Positions 27,101 through 38,989 of a DNA stretch of 64,000 nucleotides are shown piece by piece. Position 1 is the first letter of the stretch; each line of letters opens with the position of its first letter. The stretch covers positions 41,230,001 to 41,294,000 of the forward strand of contig NC_043003.1 of NCBI RefSeq assembly GCF_006345805.1, read 5' to 3'. This DNA is from Octopus sinensis. Its lineage: Eukaryota. Under the pieces are notes generated by a model. It ran no database searches, had not been told where the DNA came from, and saw nothing but the letters and a program-made list of their open reading frames with translations. The position numbers were made by a program, and so were the translations under genes.

Positions 27101-27515
27101 AAGGAAGCTGTCATATGACAAAACTGTTACTATAAAAAAGAGCATTTTGTAATTTTCATATGTATCTTAATGAAGCATCATGCATGTATATAACGCTTCC
27201 CTAATTTTCAACCCCCATAACTCTAAATGTATAAGGCATAGCCTGGAAAATATTTGTAGTGATCTGCCATGGAACAACTACATCGATAAAGATATCGGTA
27301 ATTACCCACACTTCGGGCTCACTTTCAGACTCATTTTTAAGGACTCCATGTCACAAGTCTACCTTTAGAACTACCAGAGCCACAAGCTGGAGTACCTTGC
27401 AAGGGCATGAACATTTTTTGATCCTTGTTCGATGTTACCCCACTGTTGCTGGTTGTAAAGCGTGCCCCCGTAACATTTTAATTTTCAGGGCTGCAATATT
27501 GTAGATCGGCCATTG
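24182..27515 (+). mobile_element. hAT DNA transposon (ZMYM1/DUF4371-type transposase), full-length but pseudogenised
   Basis: Left TIR AAGTGGCGGATATAC; the right TIR reverse complement is CAATGGCCGATCTAC (11/15). Flanking 8-mers CTCTGGGC and CACTGAGT (5/8) fit a decayed TSD. Subterminal AAGCTTAAGCTTCAGGGCCCC. Fragmented transposase: FLSKRGLAFRGHEE..NNGNF, LKSLSVTRWCAHYEAV, and C-terminal dimerisation motif KLYLTMPITSCEVERSSS. Confidence 0.88.
27250..27420 (+). mobile_element. Small CR1/L2-like LINE fragment nested in the hAT 3' subterminal region
   Basis: SDLPWNNYIDKDIGNYPHFGLTFRLIFK resembles the post-RT 'SDLSW..HI..I..KA...LG.I.R.F' motif. Confidence 0.4.
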
Positions 27516-27559
27516 CACTGAGTGTATGTTGAAAGAGCATAAGAAGCTCTCATAAAGTG

Positions 27560-28250
27560 ATTTGATAAAGAGAAAAAATAAACATCTTCAATCATATGGT
27601 GGGATATTTATACTTCACAGTAAATCAAGTGGAATTAATCCCATCAATTACTGTCCACTTTCTTGTTTGGCAAACAGTTTACAAAGATTAATGACTTGGA
27701 ATTTTTTTTTTTTTTGGTACAAGCAGCGAAAAATTATATTGAATAATAAAATTTCTAAGAAGTCGTATTTAAGTCAGTTAAAACTCTTGATCAGGAAAGG
27801 TATTGCTTTAAGAAAGAATAATCGATTGTTATTTTCAGTGTTGTTCGCTTACATTATAAACCAAGCCATCGGCTCTTGTTTAGATTTAAAGGTCTCAGTG
27901 ACTGGATAAAACATATCGAAACACCCTGTGTTCCAGAAAACGTTGCAGATTCGAGAGTGTTTATGAACCCATTATTCTCCCCAAAAGAAGAAGCTGTTTT
28001 TCCTGCGACGTACACACAATAACGATTAGCGTATTTATGTTCGAATCTGCCGGAATATAATAACAATAAATATGCAAGACATTGATTGAGAATAATCTAG
28101 TTTATTGAATACAATACATCCTTTTGTCAGATGATAAATAGAGATCATGTCATCAAACGAAGAAATACAACGCGAGGAAGTACACAAGACAATATACAAA
28201 GGTACCAAAATACTTCTCAAACACTATCCCTTGGGAATTTATGACTGACC
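27560..28250 (+). mobile_element. Highly degraded non-LTR RT fragment
   Basis: ILHSKSSGINPINYCPLSCLANSLQRLM resembles the 'PI.K.G..P.NYRPISL...L.K..ER' RT domain 1. Confidence 0.35.
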
Positions 28251-28929
28251 AACTTCTGAGGCAGAGTAGCGTCAAGAGAAAAAAATTATTATGTGACGAC
28301 AACAGTAGCAGCAAACACCAAGAACAAAAAACATGACCAGCATCTACGGCTACACTTTTGGTTTCTTGAAGACTGCTGTCCTCTTTGTAGTTGATGTCGC
28401 TAAAGACTGACGACATGGTTGAATGGATTCGACTGTTTGACCTCAGCCTAAAAATAAAAGCCCTTTTAAAATTCTTTCAGTCATAGCGGTTTTCTCATTT
28501 AGGTTGTTAGGTCCAAAGTTTAACAAGGGAACAAAATGATTTATTTTTATGTTTGATATTTAATGCTCTTTGTTAAATGCCTTGATATTTATTGCTCATT
28601 CGAAATACTAGTCCAGTTTAATAAAAAAAAAATTTTTATAAGATTTTGAAAGGAAACATTTAACTATAAATGATTGCAGACCAACTCCGAAATTACCTAA
28701 TTTGCGAAGAAATGTATTCGACAATTTCAGACTAATCTATATAAAAAGGAAATGATATTAAAAGCATTACCTACCGTCATCCTGACGCGAAGAGGTGCTT
28801 TTTTTCGCTCATAAGTATAACCCTAGCTGAGGCCAGCATACGGGCTAATATGCTTTTAACAGGGGTCTTTAATTTATATCCTGCCTGGAGCTAAGCAACT
28901 GAAGTGGAGGGATACGAACGCTTTCCTCG

Positions 28930-29650
28930 ATACAACAAAAGACTTTCCCATACATCATTACCCGTCCAATTAGGGGAAAATAACATACTCGACTTAGTCT
29001 TTATTCACAATGTTCAATTCATTCCCACAGCTATTTCCAACCAAAGCATTATACAATTATATGTATATGGTACAAAGATATATCCGTCTCGCAGTATGGA
29101 TTTCTACCCCGAAGATCTTGCCTAACAAATCTTCTCCTTCTTGAAGAATGGATTACAAGGACCATGGCTGTAAAAGACTTGGTAGGCGTGGTATTTTTGT
29201 ACTTCGCAAAGCCAGAAGGAATCTATTCATCATCCCCCGATCCTTTCAAATGGACGTATTTTAGCCTGTATACATCACTCTAGTTCGACCCATCCTCGAA
29301 TATTGCATCCATACATCAAACCCATATCTCCAGAAAGACATACAACACCTGGAACGGGTTCAACACGGCAACCCGAATGGGCGCGGGCTTGTCTAAGCTT
29401 GCGTAAGACGAACATCCCCAACGGCTGGCATTGCCTTCACTCGAACGACGGAGGATGCTGGGAGATCTCATCCGGCTTTCAACATCTTCAACGGACATGT
29501 AAACTTACCATTTGCGGAGATTTTCACCCCAGCGCTGGATAGAGGTCTTCGGGACATGATCGCAAACTCTATCCCCGACACTTTCGTTTCAACAGGCGGA
29601 AGGCTGTATTCTCCGTCCGTATCGCAGCCCCGTGCATAATCCAAGCGAAT
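28930..29650 (+). mobile_element. Degraded, internally deleted CR1 LINE (same family as 14731-15856)
   Basis: GENNILDLVF (endonuclease end), VVFLYFAKA, then ITLVRPILEYCI..PYLQKDIQHLERVQ..GDLI..RGLRGHDRKLY..NRRKAVFSVRIA, collinear with the 15-kb copy. Confidence 0.8.
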
Positions 29651-29669
29651 TCTTTGATCCCACAACTTA

Positions 29670-29960
29670 AAATTAATATCATGGAAGTTGATATACTTGC
29701 GGTTATTAATGATTTAGACTCAAACTCAGCATCTGTACTAGATAGTATTCTAGTTATATTGGTAAAAAACGTGCAAAAACCGCCTCATGAAATCACTAAA
29801 GGTACTATTTCAAAAGTCGCCAGATACCTTCATATTCCCGAGACTATTGAAAGAAGCTATAATAAAACCTATATAAGTACAAAGGAGGTAGCAGTGCTGA
29901 AGTTAAAAATTATAGACCTGTTTCCCTCACGTCTTACACGTCTAAAACTGTATTAAAATG
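29670..29960 (+). mobile_element. LINE RT N-terminal fragment (CR1/L2-like)
   Basis: ILAVINDLDSNSASVLDSILVILVK..PETIERSYNKTYI..IDLFPSRLTRLK resembles the 'I..L..NSA.GPD.I...LLK..P..WK.A...PI.K..YRPISL' motif. Confidence 0.45.
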
Positions 29961-30011
29961 TTTAAAGTCACATTATATGTAAAATCATATCACTTCACTG
30001 ATCCCATCAGT

Positions 30012-30059
30012 TGTTCTGTCCATTTCTATGTTTGGGCCCCGGTGGGCAATAAAGAAATT
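30012..30059 (+). mobile_element. Isolated SINE-B / Tx1-type 3' tail
   Basis: TTCTGTCCATTTCTATGTTTGGGCCCCGGTGGGCAATAAAGAAAT matches the SINE-B tail. Confidence 0.6.
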
Positions 30060-31135
30060 GGTATTGCGTATGTGTGAGTTGGAAGTGTTGGTATTGTTAC
30101 CGAAGTGCGTCTGTATAGTAAGTGTAGTTTCTGTTGATTGTTTCCCTGCTGTTGCCTGTTTTAATTGCTGTTAAAATTTGTATAATAGTTTTTGCTTGCA
30201 ATCTATTGGGTGTTTTCCCCTGTAGGGGAAACGCCAATTACTGGCAGGATGCCAAAAAGTGTGTATTTATATGACGAGGATTCGACAGATGTGGAGGCCA
30301 GAAAAGTGGAAAGAGCATTGTTGGAAGATGTTACGGATTCGTCTGAGAGCGAATTCCCACCACTGTCGAGGACTGACGTTGCAGGGAAGAGCATCGAAGT
30401 GAAAGCACTTCAAACGGAGGAGGGTAAACAGAAAAAAAGTTTTACGTCTGCAGCTGGAGACAGAAATCGCCAACTGTCGACGAAGAAAAGTGACGTTTTA
30501 ATGTACAAGGACATGATAAAAATTCAAGACGGCGTTGTCAAGGTTCAACCCGCAGAAAAGCTTTTATTGACAGAGAAGAAAAAAGTAATTATGTTTAAAA
30601 CATACTGCCGAAAAGAAAGAAAAATCAAGCGAGTAAGCGAGGAGAAGGTAGAAAAATGTCTAAAGCCCAACTGGCAGGATATAAGATATCTAGCCAGAGG
30701 GAAAAATTCGGTACCATCGAGGTACACCTAAAAACATTGAAACTGCACAATTGCACTCGGTAAAATCTTTGGAAACAAAAGATGTGATTTTAATACTTTT
30801 ATACATGGTTATGAGGACATTCAAAATACGAATACCAAAGGTCCCACCTCAAGTCGACCCTATGTGTTTGAGGCGGCAGTCCTGGCAGAAAGGGTAGATG
30901 AGATAACAATACTTCATGCTAACGTTTCACAAAAAGCAAATTGGACCGGCCACACTGTACACCTGATAATTCAAACAGAACAGGCTGTATTAGATTCGTG
31001 GTTGATCAGGTTAAAGAAACAGTTCTTTAGCTTTTTGTGGAAGGGCAGGTCGCCACTTGTGAAACGCTCTGCCTGCTGTCAAAAGACTTTAAAGGGAGGT
31101 TTAGGGATGCCTTGGTTAAGAATTGTGCATGAGGC
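30060..31135 (+). mobile_element. Tx1/L1-like LINE 5' end: 5' UTR and ORF1 relic joined to a distal ORF2 fragment
   Basis: ATG at 30249 (MPKSVYLY...KKSFTSAA...NWQDIRYLARGK, then frameshifted FGTIEVHL...YMVMRTFKIRIPKVPPQVD). It runs into WLIRLKKQFFSFLWKGRSPLVKRSACCQKTLKGGLGMPWL, homologous to ITKLQHILFRFLWKGCVPMVRRSICCQHPLKGGLGMPWL of the 57-kb LINE. The ORF1 assignment rests on position and general motif resemblance. Confidence 0.7.
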
Positions 31136-31203
31136 GACAACTACTTTTGAGAAATCTCGATTTGCGTATGAGAAAGTAAGGAGCAATGTCAGGAAGAGCA
31201 AGG

Positions 31204-31480
31204 AAGCCAAGCCAAGCCAAGCTAAGCCAAGCCAAGCCGAGCCAAGCCAAGCCAAGCCAAGTCAAGCCCTCTGACACCAATACCATAGCGTCGACCGTGG
31301 GCCGGTAGCTGTGTACAGTCGCCGCAATGTCGCCCAGAGCGAGCTCTGGTCGCCATAGCGTCGACCGTGGGCCGGTAGCTGTGTATAGTCGCCGCAATGT
31401 CGCCCAAAGCGAGCTCTGGTCGCCATAGCGTCGACTGTGGGCCGGTAGCTGTGTACAGTCGCCGCAATGTCGCCCAGAGC
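31204..31480. repeat. (CCAAG)n pentamer array followed by a 70-bp GC-rich tandem repeat (about 2.8 units)
   Basis: GCCGCAATGT recurs at 31321, 31391 and 31461; units differ at only a few positions. Confidence 0.92.
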
Positions 31481-33190
31481 CTTCAATACAAGCAGAGCTC
31501 CAGAAAGCAATTAAACTTTCCTCAAGTGGCAAGGTACCAGGCAGTTGAAATATGCAAGGCAGGGGTTGGACAGTCTTGACACAAAAGCTCGCCAATCTCA
31601 TTCAGGCCACGTGTTAACAGGAGATTGTTCCTCGTGAACTCAAGGATGCTGCTATTGCCCATCTTTATAAGAGGAAGTGAAACAGCAGTCCTGTGACAAC
31701 CACTGGGGAATTTCTCTCTTTGCCATCGCTGATAAGATACTTGCAAGAGTCCTTCGTAACTGCCTCACTCAACACATGGAAGGAGGGCATCAACCAGAGA
31801 GCCAGTTTGGCCTCACAGAGGCCCGTGGAACAGTAGACATGATCTTTGCGGAACGTCAACTTAAGAAATATCAGGAATAGAACAGGAATCTTATACACGA
31901 CGTTTATAGACTTAACCAAAGTCTGTGACACCTTCAGTCGTGAGGGGCTTTGGAAGATCATGGGAAAGCTCGGTTGCCCAGACAAATTGGTGTAACAGTT
32001 TCATGATAGCATGCTCACTTGGGTGCTGGCCTGTGGAGATTCCTCTGACGCATTCCCAGTCACTGAGTTAAGTAGGGCTGTGTACTCGCACCTATGCAGT
32101 TTAGCATGATGTTCTAGACCATGATGTCAGATGCTTTCCACAACATCGATGAAACCAGAGCCAAGATCAGATTCAGGACTGATGGCAGACTCTTCAGCCT
32201 GCGAAGACTACAGGCGAATAACAAGGTGAAAGAAGACTCAGTGCATGACGTCCTGATTGCAGATGATTGCACACTCAACACTGCCACTGAGGCTCAGATG
32301 CAACAGCGTATTAACTGTTTTCCCACTGCCTGCAACAACTTTGGCCTTATGATCAGTACTCAAAAAGCAGAGCCTATGCACCAACCTGCCCAACAAATGC
32401 AACGTGTTAAACCAACTGTCCCTGTCGGAGAGGGAAACCCTGAAGGTTATTAGTAAGTTCATGCAGCTCAGCAGCACACATTCCAGTTCTGAGAATATTG
32501 ATAATGAAGCCAACACACACATCGCAAAGGATATCTCAGCACTTGGATGGCTGTTAGGAAAACACAGCCATGAGGCTGGCTACCAAGCAGAAGGTGCACC
32601 AAGCAGTTGTACTCCCTACACTACTGTATGCCTGTGAGAAGTGGGCAGTTTATAAATGCTGCACCAAACAGCTTCCACATGAACTGTCTGAGAATGCTGT
32701 TGAAAATCCCCTGGCAAGATAAGGCCCCAGACAAGGAGGTTGTCTGCCGAGGTGTTGAGGAGAGAGTAGATCAGGTGGGCCGGGCACCTCGTTCAAATGA
32801 CTGACGCACGATCTCCCCTCCAAAAAAAGAAAATAAGTTTCACAACGAACTGGCGGAAGGAAAGCGTACGCAAGGTGATCAGAAAAAAAGGGATTCGAGG
32901 ATACACTCAAAGCCCCACTGAAGTGCTTTGATATTAACCCCGACCCTTGGGAAATGCAAAAACAAGCCCACCCTTCATGGTGAAACGGAGCCGGCAACGG
33001 TACCACATGCAAACAGAATAGGATCGCAGGAGCACAAAAACGCGACCTGCGAAAATCCTTAGCCAACTCCTTGTCTTCAGTCTCAGAAGACCACCGGTGC
33101 ACGAGCTGCGGTAGAGCTTTACGAGCAGGCACCGAACACCGAACAGTCTTTTATCTCTCATTGGTCATCGTCGACAAAGATGAAGAAATA
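31481..33190 (+). mobile_element. RTE-clade LINE, 5'-truncated, pseudogenised
   Basis: LQKAIKL..SGKVPG, ELKDAAIAHLYKRK, CDNHWGISLFAIADKILARVL, PESQFG..RGTVDMIF, FIDLTK, LIADDC(T/A)L, C-terminal HRCTSCGRA zinc-finger-like motif, and 3' end GGTCATCGTCGACAAAGATGAAG. Many stops and frameshifts. Confidence 0.9.
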
Positions 33191-33603
33191 CTATTGTATG
33201 TTTACCCAAGATCTTTTTAATATTTCTATTTAAATAATAAGAAACGGTAAGTCGTCCTCGGTAAGCTTGAACCTTTTGGTTAACAACTGAACGTGCTAAC
33301 CGATTGCGCCACAAAGACAATTAGCGTTAAAACTTTTATATAGCTTGTTTAATAAATACTCAAGTTTATTTATCAAACTAAATTGGGAACCAAAGGAGAA
33401 GACATTTATTTGTTTCTGACTGTTACGAAAAGGTGGTTCGTGGTGGTGGTTTTAGCGGCCGCGAGAAAAGCCTTTGTGGTTGCGTATATAACAAGTTCGC
33501 TTTGCATCCACGCGGTTCCATGTTCGAACGCATTGCGATACACTGTGACTAAACTTTGTTGGATGGAAGCTGTACAGAAGTTCGTCAAACACACACACAC
33601 ACA

Positions 33604-33786
33604 TGTATGTATGTATGTATGTATGTATGTATGTATGTATGTATGTATGTATGTATGTATGTATGTATGTATGTATGTATGTATGTATGTATGTATGTAT
33701 GTATGTATGTATGTATGTATGTATGTATGTATGTATGTATGTATGTATGTATGTATGTATGTATGTATGTATGTATGTATGTATGT
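33604..33786. repeat. Long perfect (TATG)n microsatellite abutting the tail of a SINE-B
   Basis: Visible directly. Confidence 0.95.
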
Positions 33787-34007
33787 ATTTCTTTACTGCC
33801 CACAAGGGGCTAAACATAGAGGGGACAAACAAGAACAGACAAAGGGATTAAGTTGATTACATTAAACCCCAGTGCGTAACTGGTACTTAATTTATCGACC
33901 CCGAAAGGATGAAAGGCAAAGTCGACCTCGGCGGAATTTGAACTCAGAACGTAACGACAGACGAAATACCGCTAAGCATTTCGCCCAGCGCGCTAACGCT
34001 TCTGCCA
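33787..34007 (-). mobile_element. SINE family B copy
   Basis: Complete head, core and Tx1-like tail. Confidence 0.88.
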
Positions 34008-34008
34008 G

Positions 34009-34524
<516 letters not shown>

Positions 34525-35064
34525 ATATTAAACGGCGATGCATCAGCATGGCCGCAGCTCTGAGTTGAAACTAGAGGGAGAAAAATGTATATATAAGAGA
34601 TATAGAGAGAGAGAGGAAGTGAGAGAGCGAAAGAGACAAACAAAAAGAAAGACAGAACGAAGAGGAAGAGAGAGAATGGCTGTAATAATATATGTACATT
34701 CTTTAATAAATTAATTAATTGAAATGACTGTGCTGGCAGTAGAATTGTTGGGTAGCCAGAAACCAGTTTTGATGGAGCTGGCCTCTCCTTCCGGAACCAT
34801 CTTGTTGATTTAAGGTTAAGTACAACAGCATTATCTAATGTGTCTTTTCTTTATTTCAGACGGTGTAGTTTTATTTAAGGGAGATTTGGTTGCTATTTCT
34901 AACAGCAACGGAGACAGTCAGACAGACTGTTGCAAAGCACTTATTAAACAACGACAAACAATGGCTAATCAACCAATCACCATTCACTGTAATAACGATG
35001 TCAAACTTTGGCACAAGGCCAGCAATTTCGGGATGGGGTGATTAAGCTGGTTATATTGACTCCA

Positions 35065-35137
35065 GCCGAGATAGCTCAGTTGGGAGAGTGTTAGACTGCA
35101 TATCTAAAGGTCTCTGGTTCGCTTCCGAGTTTCAGAA
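35065..35137 (+). pseudogene. tRNA-Phe-derived pseudogene with anticodon changed to GCA
   Basis: GCCGAGATAGCTCAGTTGGGAGAGTGTTAGACTGCATATCTAAAGGTCTCTGGTTCGCTTCCGAGTTTCAGAA aligns without gaps to the eukaryotic tRNA-Phe(GAA) consensus. Acceptor-stem and T-stem mismatches, A58 lost, no encoded CCA, T-run at 35163-35172. Confidence 0.85.
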
Positions 35138-36507
35138 GTGTGTGCACGCTTGTTTATTTACGTTTTTTTTTTAATTTATTAAAAAACGCTTTTCTTGTGT
35201 GTGTCTTTACAAGGACGATTAGATCCATATACCTAGCAAGATTTCCAATTATTCATTTACGTAAGTGTGTGTGTGTGTGTAAACAGGAAAAATAGGATAA
35301 GCACTTTTTCTGAGTATAAATAGAAACAAAGTCGACTTTGCCGTTCATCGTTGCGGGAAATATGAAATAAGAACAACTGATTGTACATTATCAACGCCAT
35401 CAACACAACTCTACTTTCCTTTAGAAACAAATTAAAATAAACACATTATTGACTTAGCAGGCACGTATGAAAGGCACTTTCATTTCTGGCCAAGGATTGA
35501 CCAACATTTTTGTCTTCCTTCTACGAAGGTAGATAAGGTTAAAGAAGTGTCTGTCATCGGACAGATTCGATAAAAGGTGGATGCAAGTGGATCGCATGCT
35601 GGGAATGAATAGTGAAAAGTTAAAACAAAAGGTTCAGTGGTGGAACGTCTCTTGTAGAGTCGGAACAGTTCCCCCACTGTGTTGTGATATGTCTGTCCCT
35701 TCATTCGTTTTATATTATCATAACATTTTTAGATACACTTTTGTGTAACAACATTCGATACCCAGACCCATTTGTACTGCCCCCTTGTGGTTGGAATAAA
35801 ATGTATTCGCTATTTCTCCGTTCTGTTGATGTATTATACTGTAAATTGCTGGTTATTATTAATTTAATTGTTGAATTTGCTGTTGTTTCATTTGTTGTGT
35901 ATGTTTTTTTTAAAACAAAACACCTTGTTTTATCGCGTTTAGCAAAATTTTGAACATTATTCCCCTCTTGAGGAGGGGAATTATTTATTCTCTTGTGCAA
36001 GGGCTTCTCTCCAACCCCAAAGAAAAAATATATGAGGAAAGCAATTTTAAAATGCCTTCTGATAAAGTTTTGACCATGCCATCGGGCGAAGAATTTATGA
36101 ACGGAAAAACTGTTGAAACAATTGAGTCTAATTCGCTACAGTAGCATGACTAAAAAGGAAAACCTTAAACATGACAAATGAATAGATAAACCAATTCAAA
36201 AATATGTTCGAGAGGGAGGGGTATGATTTGAAAGCCACCTTCCTGAGTTTATTGAAAACACGGCAAAAAAATTAATTGGTTTTAAATGTCTAAACATTAA
36301 AACTAAAAAGTTGGACAATGCGTGAAGAGAGGGGGTCGAGAAATGCTTGCAGCCAATATGGTGGGACATTGCATTTATCACCAGAGGTCTCAAATTTGCA
36401 ACCATTATCGTCTTCAGCAAGTCCTTATACATTTTTTGGTTTATGTGGAGGTCGTTCTCCTTTAGCTCACTCTCCATAAAAGAGAGTATAAAAGTATATA
36501 TATATAT

Positions 36508-36905
36508 TGGCTGTGTGGTAAGTAGCTTGCTTACCCAACTACATGGTTCCGGGTTCAGTCCCACAGCGTGGCACCTTGGGCAAGTGTCTTCTACTATAGC
36601 CTCGGGCCGACCAAAGCCTTGTGAGTGAATTTGGTAGACGTAAACTGAAAGACGCCTGTCGTATATATGTATATATATGTGTGTGTGTGTATGTGTTTGT
36701 GTGTCTGTGTTTGCCCCCCCCCCTAGCATTGCTTGACAACTGATGCTGGTGTGTTTATGTCCCCGTCACTTAGCGGTTCGGCAAAAGAGACCGATAGAAT
36801 AAGTACTGGGCTTACAAAAAATAAGTCCTGGGGTCGAGTTGCTCGATTAAAGGCGGTGCTCCAGCAACGCCGCAGTCAATTACTGAAACAAGTAAAAGAG
36901 TAAAA
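36508..36905 (+). mobile_element. SINE family A copy
   Basis: Both halves match 7326-7778. Confidence 0.88.
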
Positions 36906-36935
36906 GTTATATAATATAGATATATATATATATAT

Positions 36936-36997
<62 letters not shown>

Positions 36998-37708
36998 TAC
37001 ATACATACATACATAAATACATATATATATATTTACAGATATAGATGTGTGCGATACTACATTTATTGGACACATGTAACATGTATTCGAGAATGCATAA
37101 AAGAAATTGTGTCAAACAAGCTAGAATTTTTTCTGTGCTAATGCTCATTGTCATTACAAAAAAAAAAAAACATGTACACGTGATATGCTACCATGCATGT
37201 TGCTTTACCTGCTTTGATTCTGATAACTTTTTAAGATAATGTATTTCATACAAAGATATGAAATAAAAAGAAATACATATTACACACCATTGCACCTACA
37301 AACTTACACCGACTCACATGCACACACACGCACACAATATCGCTCTTTCTCTCTCTCTCTCTCTCTCTCTATTTATCTATCTATCTATCTCCATTTGTCA
37401 CTTAGTCGGTATTCAGCTGGATGGAAGTTTACCCTCTCTGCTCGTGACTATTCAAGCACCGAAAACAGTTAACGAAAGAATAGTATACGGTACGAAGCCT
37501 TTCAACTCTCTCTCTCTCCCTCTCTCTCTACCCCTCTCTCTTTTTCTCTCTCTCTTTCTTTCTCTCTCTCACGCACACACACTGAGGCTCAAACACACAT
37601 GGGCATGCAATTGTGTAAGTGTGAATATAAAACTAATACGAATACCTATCATTCAAGCCGTTTATGTGTGTGTGTATGTGTGTGTGTATCTGTGTGTGTG
37701 CGTGTGTG

Positions 37709-37740
37709 ACTGACAAGACACAGTATGTCGAAACGTCAGT
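37709..37740 (+). ncRNA. Degenerate hammerhead-like motif
   Basis: CTGACAA-GACA-CAGTA-TGTC-GAAAC-GTC. Stem II is perfect, but core G8 is absent and stem I does not pair. Confidence 0.35.
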
Positions 37741-37914
37741 GTCCCAGAATCAGTTGTACTTATGAATCGAGTATGTTACGAATAAATTGTCGTACAAAAA
37801 AGCGTATAGTTTATTGATGTTCGAATCCACTGCAAACGTCTTTAAAATGAATACGTAAATTATAGTTTTGATTCTAGTTGTTCACCATGCGTATCACGGT
37901 TGATTACATGTGTG

Positions 37915-38110
37915 GGAGCGTGGGCGTGCTAGCGGGCGTTTTGTTGTATCCGTGAGCAATACACTTCTTTTCGCGTTGTTTCACTCCACTCAGCTGGTTA
38001 ATTGAATAATCCTGCAACGGACAGGTGTCTCCTTCGGGGAAATGAAAATATATACGCCACAGAAACAGAGAGACCGGCTTTATGCGCCTATGGTTCGGGA
38101 AGGACCTTTG
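37915..38110 (+). mobile_element. Degraded SINE family C-related element
   Basis: GAGCAATACACTT..CTCCACTCAGCTGG..GCAACGGACAGGTGTC..ATACGCCACAGAAAC is collinear with 6990-7110. Confidence 0.5.
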
Positions 38111-38989
38111 ATTACTTTCATATACATATGTGCGTCTCCATGCGCGTGCACGCGTATGTATGTATGTATGTATGTATGTATGTATGTATGTATGTATGTA
38201 TGATGTATGTATGTACGTGTGTGTGTATATATATAAACGCATACATATAGACATACATACATACATACATATATATATACATACATATATATTACATATC
38301 TTTCTGTGATTTCGGAAATGTTGGCACTGCGCCCTTAAAATGTTTGGTTGGATAAGCAGCTTAGTTGCCGTTCGAAGTCCCAGTCAAATCTAATAGAAGT
38401 AATAAATTTGATAATACAGAGTTCCACCTACAGTAAATTCTGTTATCAAATTTTGTTGAATATGCATTAAATACATATGCATACACATACATATATACAA
38501 GAGTATACATACGTATGTATGTATGTATGTATGTATGTATGTATGTATGTATGTATGTATGTATGTATGTATGTAGTTTTGTATGTATGCATATATGTAT
38601 GTATGTACGTAGGTATATATGAGTGTTGTGTTGAAGTATTGGTTTTTGATATTATGATATAATATGATTTCCGGGCAGAATTTCCGACCATAAGTTTAAA
38701 GTTTGATCCGCTTACCTACCAAGCTCATTGAATTAATTGGCTACCAGAGTATTCCGCTGACAGGTGTACCTAAAATATATCTGAGTCGAAATCAGCATGG
38801 AACATTTGAATTGCTGATGCATTTCATCAAATAGCCACCTACATAATCTCACTTTCTACAGATATGCACCAAACCGAGACTTTAGAAAATGACATTTGCC
38901 TAAGATTCCAGGGAGAGAATCGAAACCTGTATATCAGGATTGCGAAATAAACCTCATAAACATTGGCTATACTGCTCCTGCTTATACCA

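Noticed and set aside
35065-35137. Functional tRNA-Cys
   Set aside because: The body is Phe-type, with acceptor-stem and T-stem mismatches and a damaged B-box; called a pseudogene instead.
38721-38775. Minus-strand AG..GT bounded 54-nt segment with a good donor
   Set aside because: Stops occur in all three frames.
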